Below are positions 1-8,568 of a DNA stretch of 64,000 nt, one piece after another. The notes below the pieces were generated by a model, which saw only the letters and a list, made by a program, of their open reading frames with translations, made no database searches and was not told the origin of the DNA. Made by a program: the position numbers and the translations under genes. Origin of the DNA: an uncultured cyanobacterium (GTDB lineage: Bacteria > Cyanobacteriota > Cyanobacteriia > Cyanobacteriales > CAWCAG01). The stretch lies in contig CAWDOD010000011.1 of assembly GCA_963803805.1 (NCBI GenBank), positions 512,001 to 576,000 on the forward strand. Reading direction: 5' to 3'. How positions within the stretch are numbered: position 1 is the stretch's first letter; the number at the start of each line of letters is the position of its first letter.

Positions 1-2026
1 GTTGAGTCAGGAGATACCTTTGCACCCATCTTTTATGTTTCCCCCATGACAGGCAAACCCGCAGTCACCTTAGCTACACCTTTAAAGAATCAAGCAGGGG
101 ATCGCCAAGGGATGATTTTAACAGAGCTTAACCTAGAACAAATTGATGGCATTGTCAGAGAAAGTATGGGCTTGGGGGAAAGCGGAGAGACATATTTAGT
201 TGGTTCACTCATAACTAAAAATGTTTTTATTTCTAAAGCAAATACTCCTAATCCTAACCAACAAAACTCTGAAGGTATAACCAGCCAAGGTATTGATCGG
301 GCAATGAGTGGCGAAAGTGGTACTCAGTTGTATCGCAATTATGCAGGAGTCCCGGTAATTGGGGTTTATCGTTGGTTGAATGATCAAGATATTGCTTTGT
401 TGGTGGAAATGGAACAAAAGGAGGCTTTTACTCCAGCTAGAGAGCTTGCTGTCACTATTGTTTTAGTAGGGCTAGCCGCAGCAGCTATTTTGTTGGTAGG
501 AGTGTATTGGTTATCTCGCCAGTTAACCCTGTCTCGGCAGCAACTGGAAATTAAAGCCCAAGAAGCAGATACTGCAAACCGCGCTAAGAGCGAGTTTTTA
601 GCGAATATGAGTCATGAATTGCGTACTCCCCTTAATGCTATTCTTGGTTTTGCTCAACTGCTAGATCGTGATACGACTTTAAGTTCTCAACAAAAGGATT
701 TTTTAGCTACCATTAACCGTAGCGGTGAACATCTCCTCGATTTAATTAATGATGTGCTGCAAATGTCGAAAATTGAGGCGGGTAAAACAGTTTTAGCCCC
801 AGAAGTTTTTGACTTGCATAGTCTTTTGCAAACTCTCCATTCCCTGTTCCAAGTTAGGGCAGCAGCAAAAGGACTAACCCTTAATTTTCATCTTGATCCT
901 GACTTACCCCAACATATTCTTACCGATGAAGGCAAACTGCGCCAAGTTTTAATCAACCTGTTAAGCAATGGGATTAAATTTACCCCAAAAGGAAGCGTAA
1001 CCTTAACAGCAAACTGCAAACAATGGCAAAAATCTCTCCCAGCCTATCCCCTTACTTCCTCACCTCCTCAGCCTAAAATCTTTCGTCTGTGTTTCGGTGT
1101 TGAAGATAGTGGCATCGGCATTGCCGAAGCAGAATTAGACCAGCTTTTTCGTCCTTTTGTACAAACAGCTAGCGGTGTCAAAACTCAAGGTGGTACAGGC
1201 TTAGGACTAACAATTAGCCGTAAATTCATTCAATTAATGGGGGGGGGATATTCAAGTTCAGAGTAGTTTGGGAAAGGGTTCTAACTTTCAATTTACCATC
1301 AAAGTTACTATTGCCCAACCAAAGGTAGTTGCAGAATCTTTAACCGAAAGGAGAGTGGTGAAAATTGCTCCTCACCAACCAACTTACCGCTTGTTAGTTG
1401 CTGATGACAAAGAAGAAAATCGTAACCTTTTAGTACAACTGCTGCAAACCGTTGGTTTCCAAACTCAAACAGCTACTAATGGGGCTGAGGCGATCGCCCA
1501 ATGGCAAACCTGGCAACCTGATTTAATTTGGATGGATATGCGGATGCCTGTTGTAGATGGTTATGAAGCAACCAGGAAAATTAAGGCCCAAGCAACTTCT
1601 TCTCAACAAAAAGCTAAAATTATTGCCCTCACTGCTGCGGTTTTTGCAGAACAACAGGAGCATATTTTAAAGGCGGGTTGCGATGATATTGTTCGCAAAC
1701 CTTTCCGGGAAAAGATTATTTTTGAAAAAATAGCTCAACACATAGGAGTTAAATATATCTATGAAGGGGAATCTCAGTCTCCCTTGCCCGAAGCAACCCC
1801 AACAGCCTTAAACTCTGAAACCTTAAAAATAATGCCCCCAGAATGGCAAGAAAAACTCTATCAAGCCGCCGTTGAGGTAGATGGAGAGGCGATTTCCCAG
1901 TTAATAGAGCAAATTCCGTCCCATAGGGAGTCTTTGGTTACAGGACTAGCACAGTTAAATCGCAGTTATGATTTTGATGGGATTATCGAATTGTTGCAAG
2001 GTATGACGAAAAAAATTGACAATTGA
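1..2026 (+). pseudogene. Hybrid sensor histidine kinase (periplasmic Cache-like/TM-HisKA-HATPase-REC), 5'-partial, split by +1 frameshift in a G9 run at 1239-1247
   Basis: Frame is open from base 1. H-box FLANMSHELRTPLN, N-box LINLLSNGIKFT, G1/G2 boxes DSGIG/GTGLGL. Removing one G gives MGGDIQVQSSLGKGSNFQF, which joins ORF 1268-2026 (REC: LLVADD, WMDMRMP, KP). Confidence 0.9.
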
Positions 2027-2044
2027 CAATTTGGATTCAACACA

Positions 2045-2171
2045 TAAGCTGTCAGGCATTTAATTTACTTATTAGGTTTGATGGGGAGATAGGGAGATAG
2101 GGAGATGGGGGGAGGGTTTTAGGGCTTATTTCCTAGTTGAGTAATACACAGTTTAAATGCACATCAGCTTA
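2045..2171. repeat. MITE/REP-like element with imperfect terminal inverted repeats (TAAGCTG..GCATTTAA / TTAAATGC..CAGCTTA) and internal GGGAGATA repeats
   Basis: Inverted ends visible in the sequence; related ends at 17883-18003 and 49313. Confidence 0.6.
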
Positions 2172-2248
2172 CTCTCATGGCAATTTTCATATTTCTATTA
2201 GCCATTAGCAAAAGTAAGAATAAACACTCCTTTATATAGAACTAGTTT

Positions 2249-3004
2249 ATGAATTTTCCGGTTTATTTACAGCTTGGTACTTGGCAAATTCATCCTCATC
2301 CTATCTTTGAATTATTGGGTTATGTAGTTGCTTTCCGCTTATTATTGAGACGTAATTTGCGTCGAGGAGATACTATTTCTTTTAGTCAACGTAGTTCTGT
2401 CGTTGTGGGGGGAATGTTAGGTGCTTTATTGGGAGCAAAGTTATTAGTTTTAATACAACATATTTATTTAATAGAACAAAGCTGGGCAAAATTACTATTA
2501 TTATTGGTACAAGGAAAAACTATTGTTGGTGCATTGCTCGGAGGATTGATTGGGGTTGAGTTAACTAAAAAGATCATAGGTGTAAAACGTTCAACAGGAG
2601 ATGTTTTTGTTTATCCTTTAATTGTTGGTATGGCTATTGGTAGGATTGGTTGCTTTTTAACAGGATTAAGCGATCGCACCTATGGTATAGCCACAAGTTT
2701 ACCTTGGGGAGTTGATTTTGGCGACGGTATTCTTCGACATCCTACACAAATTTATGAAATCATTTTTCTAATTGCCTTGCTGATTAGTTTGAGAATTTGC
2801 CAAAAGTATTTAACAGTTGAGGGGGATTTGTTTAAGTGGTTTATGACAATTTATTTAAGCTTCCGTTTCTTAATTGATTTCCTCAAACCAGATTTTCATC
2901 TCCTATTAGGTTTAAGTGCAGTTCAAATAGCTTGTTTAGCAGGATTAATTTATTATCTAATTAAGCAACTTTCTTCGCAAAAAGCTGAAGAAAAAAACTA
3001 TTGA
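2249..3004 (+). CDS. Prolipoprotein diacylglyceryl transferase (Lgt)-family membrane protein, divergent
   Basis: Multi-TM protein with GRIGCFLTG, LPWGVDFGDG, RHPTQIYE and RFLIDFLK motifs typical of the Lgt family. Confidence 0.85.
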   Translation: MNFPVYLQLGTWQIHPHPIFELLGYVVAFRLLLRRNLRRGDTISFSQRSSVVVGGMLGALLGAKLLVLIQHIYLIEQSWAKLLLLLVQGKTIVGALLGGLIGVELTKKIIGVKRSTGDVFVYPLIVGMAIGRIGCFLTGLSDRTYGIATSLPWGVDFGDGILRHPTQIYEIIFLIALLISLRICQKYLTVEGDLFKWFMTIYLSFRFLIDFLKPDFHLLLGLSAVQIACLAGLIYYLIKQLSSQKAEEKNY

Positions 3005-3093
3005 TAATAGAGAGATAGCCAATCTAAAACTCGGCTTCTCGAAAATACTTGGAAAATGGGCTACCTTTACAAATTATAATTGATAACTGAAAA

Positions 3094-4503
3094 ATGCCTA
3101 CTCGTAACTACCTATTCCATTCCTTAACCAATAGTGTTTGTTCCCAATGTTTAACCAAAGTTGAAGCAAAGATTATTTTCCGCAACGATAAAGTTTATTT
3201 ACTTAAAAACTGCCTCCATCATGGTAGAGAAGAAGTTTTAATAGCTGATGATGTTGAGTATTACAAAAAATCCCTAGAATTCATTAAACCAGGAGACTTA
3301 CCTCTCAAGTTTAATACTCCAATTAAATATGGTTGTCCTTATGATTGTGGTTTGTGTCCTGATCATGAACAACATAGTTGTTTGACGTTAATTGAAATTA
3401 GCGATCGCTGTAATCTTTCTTGTCCTATTTGTTATGCCGATTCTGGTCAAGCAGAATTTTCTTCTCTTTCTCAACAGAGGAGAAAACATCGTAGTTTAAC
3501 TGAAATAAATCGGATGTTGGAAGTAATTGTAGCTAACGAAGGAGAACCACAAGTTGTCCAACTTAGTGGCGGTGAACCAACTATTCATCCTGAATTTTTC
3601 GCCATTATGGATTTGGTTAAAACTAAACCCATTCAACATTTAATGATTAATACCAATGGCATAAAAATTGCTCAAGATCGAGAATTTTGCCAGAGATTGA
3701 GTCAATATATGCCGGGGATTGAAATTTATTTACAGTTTGATAGCTTTGAATCAGAATCCTTAAAAGAGTTACGGGGAGTAGATTTAAGAACTATTCGAGA
3801 ACAAGCGATCGCCCACCTTAATGAGTTTAATATTTCCACTAATTTAGTTGTTACTTTGAAAAAAGGACTTAACGACAAAGAAATAGGTAAAATTATTGAA
3901 TATGCGGTAGGGCAAAAAGCAGTACGTGGAGTCACATTTCAACCTATTCAAGCAGCAGGAAGATTAGAAGGATTTGCTCCAGCCAAAGATAGATACACCC
4001 TAACAGAAGTTAGGCGTTCAATTCTAGAGCAAAGTAACTATTTCAAACCAGAAGATATTTTACCTATTCCTTGCCATCCAGACTGTCTAGCAATGGCCTA
4101 TGGCTTAAAAGTAAAGGGTGAGATTATACCTCTAACAAGTTTGTTGCAACCCCAAGAATATGTTGACATTGCCCCGAATAGCATCCTTTATGAACAAGAC
4201 GAAGATTTAAAAAAGAAAATCTTCGACCTATTTTCCACTCGCCATTCTCCTCAATCTGCCACCACTTCCTTAAAACAATTACTTTGTTGTTTACCAATGC
4301 TTCCTGTTCCCCAAGGTATCACCTACGAAAATATTTTTCGTATTACTATTGTCCAATTTCTAGACCGTTATAACTTTGATGTTCGTTCGGTAAAACGCTC
4401 TTGCATTCACATAGTTCATCCTGATGGGAGGATTATTCCTTTTGATACTTTTAATATGTTTTATCGCCCCGGTATTAAAATAGAGAACAGAACAATAAGT
4501 TAA
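3094..4503 (+). CDS. Radical SAM protein of the MJ0619/Tes (GDGT-MAS)-like family
   Basis: N-terminal CSQC...CLHH, GCPYDCGLCPDH, radical SAM motif CNLSCPIC, SGGEPT, NTNG, YLQFD, FQP; C-terminal CCLP and SCIH...DGRIIPF. Confidence 0.85.
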   Translation: MPTRNYLFHSLTNSVCSQCLTKVEAKIIFRNDKVYLLKNCLHHGREEVLIADDVEYYKKSLEFIKPGDLPLKFNTPIKYGCPYDCGLCPDHEQHSCLTLIEISDRCNLSCPICYADSGQAEFSSLSQQRRKHRSLTEINRMLEVIVANEGEPQVVQLSGGEPTIHPEFFAIMDLVKTKPIQHLMINTNGIKIAQDREFCQRLSQYMPGIEIYLQFDSFESESLKELRGVDLRTIREQAIAHLNEFNISTNLVVTLKKGLNDKEIGKIIEYAVGQKAVRGVTFQPIQAAGRLEGFAPAKDRYTLTEVRRSILEQSNYFKPEDILPIPCHPDCLAMAYGLKVKGEIIPLTSLLQPQEYVDIAPNSILYEQDEDLKKKIFDLFSTRHSPQSATTSLKQLLCCLPMLPVPQGITYENIFRITIVQFLDRYNFDVRSVKRSCIHIVHPDGRIIPFDTFNMFYRPGIKIENRTIS

Positions 4504-4542
4504 AGAGAGTGTTTTAATCTTTGGTATCTCAAATCAAACATT

Positions 4543-4857
4543 ATGTCTCAAAATAATGAAAGCTTCAAAATATTCCTCGGCGTTGTTATTTTATTTGCCT
4601 TTCATATTGCTGCTATTGTTGCTTATTGTCTGATTGCTTTATTGCTAAATACTGGTTTATATGATTCTAGTGTTGCTATCTTTGCCTTTCTAATTTTTGG
4701 TATTGGCATATCCCAAATTATATATGTAATCCCAATAGTAATAATTTTAAGATCCCGTAGAGAGTTTGCTTTAATGAAAGGAGTAATTATTGGTGCTGTC
4801 ATTACCGCCCTCTTAAACGGTGGTTGCTGGTTATTATTGACTCTCCCCTCTACATAA
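4543..4857 (+). CDS. Small three-TM membrane protein
   Basis: 104 aa with three hydrophobic segments; starts 39 bp after the radical SAM gene; ends LLNGGCW. Confidence 0.75.
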   Translation: MSQNNESFKIFLGVVILFAFHIAAIVAYCLIALLLNTGLYDSSVAIFAFLIFGIGISQIIYVIPIVIILRSRREFALMKGVIIGAVITALLNGGCWLLLTLPST

Positions 4858-5051
4858 CCAAGGAATCTGAAATAGTAAATGTTTGCTATAGGTAGTGAGA
4901 GTTAAGGATAAAACTTTTGCCTCTTGCCTTCTTCGATTAGCAAGATTTATCTCGTAACTACAATGCTAAAATAACTTCTAACAAGTCAATAATTTAGAGT
5001 CAGCTTTACTTAATCTCTTTTTGTTACCAATAGAGAGAAAAAAGCCAAATA

Positions 5052-5984
5052 ATGAAACTATACCAAAACCCCTCTCAATGGCAAGTAGCAACAATCCTTT
5101 GTATTGGCGTATTTGCTATTTCCACAGCCGCCATCTTTATTCGTTTAGCCATCGAAACTGCTCAAATAAAAGGAATCGGTTTTAGCCTTTTTATTGCCGC
5201 TTCTCGCCTCACCTTAGCTTCTTTAGTCCTTATTCCCACTATCCCTTTTTTAGAGCAAAAAACCATTCCCAAAAAGGGATTTTATTATGCCACTGCTGCG
5301 GGAATTTGCTTGGCTTTACACTTTGCTACTTGGATTACTTCTCTCTCCTTTACCTCCATAGCAGCCTCCACAACCTTAGTAACCACAAATCCGATTTGGG
5401 TAGCCTTATTTTCTTGGCTTTGGTATCAAGTCAAACCCCACAAATTAACCATAATTGGTATTGGCATCGCTTTACTAGGAAGCCTGATTATTGTCGGTGG
5501 TGATACTGGGGAAACAGAGGTTAGTACAAATCCTTTATTAGGTAACTTCCTGGCTTTAATAGGGGCTTGGATGGCTAGTCTTTACTTACTTTTAGCCCGT
5601 GAAGCCCAAAACGAAAGTTTTAGCACTGGAAGTTATGTAACCATCGTTTATAGTACAGCCGCAGTAGTACTTTTGCCTTTGCCTTTACTATTCGGAATAA
5701 GCTACTTTGGTTATCCGAGCGACGTGTATCTCTACATTTTACTAATGGCTATATTATCCCAGGTAGTAGGTCACACTAGCTTGAATTGGGCAGTACGCTG
5801 GCTTTCTCCTACCTTAGTAACCTTAGCAATTCTCCTCGAACCCATCGGCTCAAGTTTAATGGGATTTGCTATTTTTGGTGAAATTCCTCATAATCTAGTC
5901 CTGTTAGGGGCTGGAGTCGTACTAATGGGTGTGGCTTTAGCCATTTTTGGTGTCACAGAAGAAGAGCAAAAAAATTATCCTTAA
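5052..5984 (+). CDS. DMT/EamA family transporter
   Basis: About 10 TM segments; LALHFATWITSL, GHTSLNWA and EPIG motifs. Confidence 0.9.
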   Translation: MKLYQNPSQWQVATILCIGVFAISTAAIFIRLAIETAQIKGIGFSLFIAASRLTLASLVLIPTIPFLEQKTIPKKGFYYATAAGICLALHFATWITSLSFTSIAASTTLVTTNPIWVALFSWLWYQVKPHKLTIIGIGIALLGSLIIVGGDTGETEVSTNPLLGNFLALIGAWMASLYLLLAREAQNESFSTGSYVTIVYSTAAVVLLPLPLLFGISYFGYPSDVYLYILLMAILSQVVGHTSLNWAVRWLSPTLVTLAILLEPIGSSLMGFAIFGEIPHNLVLLGAGVVLMGVALAIFGVTEEEQKNYP

Positions 5985-6055
5985 CTAGAAGAATTTGGTT
6001 AAAGTCCCACATCGGGTAATAATTAAAAAGATTGGTTGGTAAAAGGAATCATTGC

Positions 6056-6985
6056 ATGGTAACGACGGACGGACGACCTGCCCCCCCAAAAACGCCCTCA
6101 GTCTTTGATGTTAAGGGTTATTTACAAGAGCAAAAGCAGATTGTTAATCAAGCTTTAGACTGCTCTGTTCCCGTGACTGAGCCGATAAAAATTTATGAAG
6201 CAATGCGCTATTCCCTGTTAGCCGGGGGGAAGCGCCTGCGTCCTATTCTTTGTCTGGCAACTTGTAACATGATGGGAGGGACATCAGAAATGGCCATGCC
6301 CACTGCTTGCGCCTTAGAAATGATCCATACCATGTCCTTAATCCACGATGATCTTCCTGCCATGGATGACGACGATTATCGCCGGGGTAAGTTGACAAAT
6401 CACAAAGTTTATGGTGAAGATATCGCTATTTTAGCAGGGGACGGCTTACTATCCTATGCTTTTGAATATATTGCTACTCAAACTAAAGGTGTAGAAGCAT
6501 CCCAACTTCTCCAAGTCGTTGCTCATTTAGCCCGTGCTGTGGGTGCAGGGGGTTTAGTTGGTGGGCAAGTTATTGATTTAGAGTCAGAAGGAAAGTCAGA
6601 TATTTCCTTAGATACTCTCAACTATATTCATACCCATAAAACAGGTGCTTTATTAGAAGCTTGTGTAATTTGCGGAGCTACTTTAGCGAAGGCATCTTCC
6701 CAAGATACACAAAGACTTTCTAACTACGCTCGTAATATTGGCTTAGCATTTCAGATTATTGATGATATCTTAGACATCACAGCAACTAAAGAGGAACTAG
6801 GCAAAACTGCTGGCAAGGATCTTCAAGCTCAAAAAGCAACTTATCCTAGCTTGTGGGGATTAGAAGAGTCGAGGAAACAAGCCCAAAAATTGGTAGATAA
6901 GGCTATTGCCCAATTAGAACCCTATGGGAAAAAAGCTTTACCTTTACAAGCGATCGCTCAATTTATTACTGCTCGTAAAAACTAA
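6056..6985 (+). CDS. crtE: Geranylgeranyl diphosphate synthase
   Basis: GGKRLRP, first DDxxxxD motif ([11 protein letters not shown]), [22 protein letters not shown] at 6056 preferred over the upstream TTG. Confidence 0.93.
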   Translation: MVTTDGRPAPPKTPSVFDVKGYLQEQKQIVNQALDCSVPVTEPIKIYEAMRYSLLAGGKRLRPILCLATCNMMGGTSEMAMPTACALEMIHTMSLIHDDLPAMDDDDYRRGKLTNHKVYGEDIAILAGDGLLSYAFEYIATQTKGVEASQLLQVVAHLARAVGAGGLVGGQVIDLESEGKSDISLDTLNYIHTHKTGALLEACVICGATLAKASSQDTQRLSNYARNIGLAFQIIDDILDITATKEELGKTAGKDLQAQKATYPSLWGLEESRKQAQKLVDKAIAQLEPYGKKALPLQAIAQFITARKN

Positions 6986-7033
6986 GTTTTCCCTTTTTAT
7001 TTTGCTTAAATTGCCGATTTTAAATGAGATACC

Positions 7034-7489
7034 ATGCAAGATTTTAACAACATCTTAGACAATAATGTCCTACTGATGGCTGTCCTTGCTTGTCTGAGCG
7101 CTCAAGGATTGAAATTGGTGATTGAGTGGATTAGACATCGCAAGGTAGATATTAAGTATTTGGTTAGTACAGGGGGAATGCCTAGCGCTCACTCAGCCTT
7201 AGTTGGAGCCTTAGCCACAGGAGTGGGGCAAACTATGGGCTGGTCTAGTCCTGATTTTGCGATCGCTTGTCTTTTTGCTGTGATTGTTATGTATGATGCC
7301 GCCGGAGTACGCCAAGCAGCCGGAAAACAAGCTCGTATTCTTAATCAAATTATTGATGAGTTATTTCAGGAAGATAAAGAATTTGATGAAGAAAGGTTAA
7401 AAGAATTATTAGGTCATACTCCTTTCCAAGTTTTGGTAGGTTTGGCTTTAGGAATTGGTATTTCTCTGATGTTAGGAAAAATTTGGTAA
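7034..7489 (+). CDS. Divergent PAP2 family protein (DUF212)
   Basis: GGMPSAHSA, VMYDAAGVR, ELLGHTP; usual neighbour of crtE. Confidence 0.92.
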   Translation: MQDFNNILDNNVLLMAVLACLSAQGLKLVIEWIRHRKVDIKYLVSTGGMPSAHSALVGALATGVGQTMGWSSPDFAIACLFAVIVMYDAAGVRQAAGKQARILNQIIDELFQEDKEFDEERLKELLGHTPFQVLVGLALGIGISLMLGKIW

Positions 7490-7552
7490 TATTTAGTTTC
7501 AACAACAACTTAATTGAGTGTACAATAGCTAGCTAAACTCTCCTCACTAAAG

Positions 7553-8539
7553 ATGAGATTCATTAGTCCTAAAACCGACTTTGCCTTCAAGAAAATATTT
7601 AGCTCCGATGGGAGTCAAGATATTCTCATCTCTTTCCTCAATGCCACCATCTACTCTGGGGATTCTGTCATTGAAGACTTGAAAATTATTGACCCTTATA
7701 ACCCTAGTGACACAGTTGATTTAAAAGATAGCTATCTTGATGTTAAAGCAGTATTGAAAGATGGCACAAGCGTTATTATTGAGATGCAGGTCTGGAATGT
7801 AGAGGCTTTTAAAAAACGAGTAGTTTATAACCTTTGCAAAACTTACGGTAATCAACTTAAATCAGGACAAGGATATTCTGACCTTAGTCCAGTTATTGCT
7901 TTAACTATCACTGACTTTACTTTATTTTCCTTAAGCCAAAAAGTAATTACTCGTTTCTATTTCCAAGAAGAAGAAGAAAAAATTGCTTATCAAGAGGGAG
8001 AGTTAAAACTAGTATTTATAGAATTGCCTAAGTTTGACAAAAAACTAGAAAATTTAGAAAGCGTTACAGATAAATGGATTTATTTTATTAAAGAAGCACC
8101 AAATTTAGAAGTGATTCCAGAAAAAATGGGGGAAATACCCCAGATTAAAAAAGCCTTGAACATAGCAAATCAAGCGAGCTTAAGCGGAGAAGAATTAGAG
8201 AAGTTACATAAACAGGAAATGTTTATTGCTGACCGTCAGGGGGCTATGAGTTTAGCGAAAAAACAAGGTCGAGAAGAAGGTCGAGAAGAAGGCAGAGAAG
8301 AGGGCAGAGAAGAGGGCAGAGAAGAGGGCAGAGAAGAAGGCAGAGAAGAAGGTTTACTTGAGGGAGAAAGAAACCTATTACTACGACAAATTCAACATCG
8401 TTTTGGAGAATTATCCCCAGAGGTAATCGCTTCTTTTGAAGCACTAGATGCTCAAGGATTAGGGAATTTAGGAGAAGCAATCTGGGAGTTTAGAACTAAT
8501 AATGATTTAGTTCAATGGTTGCAAAACTACTCTCTCTAA
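7553..8539 (+). CDS. Rpn family PD-(D/E)XK nuclease with C-terminal DUF4351-like tail
   Basis: ISPKTDFAFKKIF, LDVKA, IIEMQV, FIELPKF, DKWIYF, and seven GREE repeats. Confidence 0.9.
   Translation: MRFISPKTDFAFKKIFSSDGSQDILISFLNATIYSGDSVIEDLKIIDPYNPSDTVDLKDSYLDVKAVLKDGTSVIIEMQVWNVEAFKKRVVYNLCKTYGNQLKSGQGYSDLSPVIALTITDFTLFSLSQKVITRFYFQEEEEKIAYQEGELKLVFIELPKFDKKLENLESVTDKWIYFIKEAPNLEVIPEKMGEIPQIKKALNIANQASLSGEELEKLHKQEMFIADRQGAMSLAKKQGREEGREEGREEGREEGREEGREEGREEGLLEGERNLLLRQIQHRFGELSPEVIASFEALDAQGLGNLGEAIWEFRTNNDLVQWLQNYSL
8267..8350 (+). repeat. Seven tandem 12-bp repeats encoding GREE
   Basis: GG(T/C)(C/A)GAGAAGA(A/G) x7. Confidence 0.9.
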
Positions 8540-8568
8540 TAGTCTTAGCAACTTAGCAACTCACAATT

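Noticed and set aside
3094-7489. crtE and DUF212 as part of an archaeal-type isoprenoid tetraether pathway with the Tes-like enzyme
   Set aside because: crtE plus DUF212 is a standard cyanobacterial pair, separated from the Tes-like gene by an EamA gene and a 194-bp gap. No GGGP/DGGGP synthase is in the window, so proximity alone is not enough.
8244-8480. Cys/Leu-repeat antisense ORF (LLCPLLCP) as a peptide precursor
   Set aside because: It is the reverse complement of the GREE repeats in the Rpn gene.
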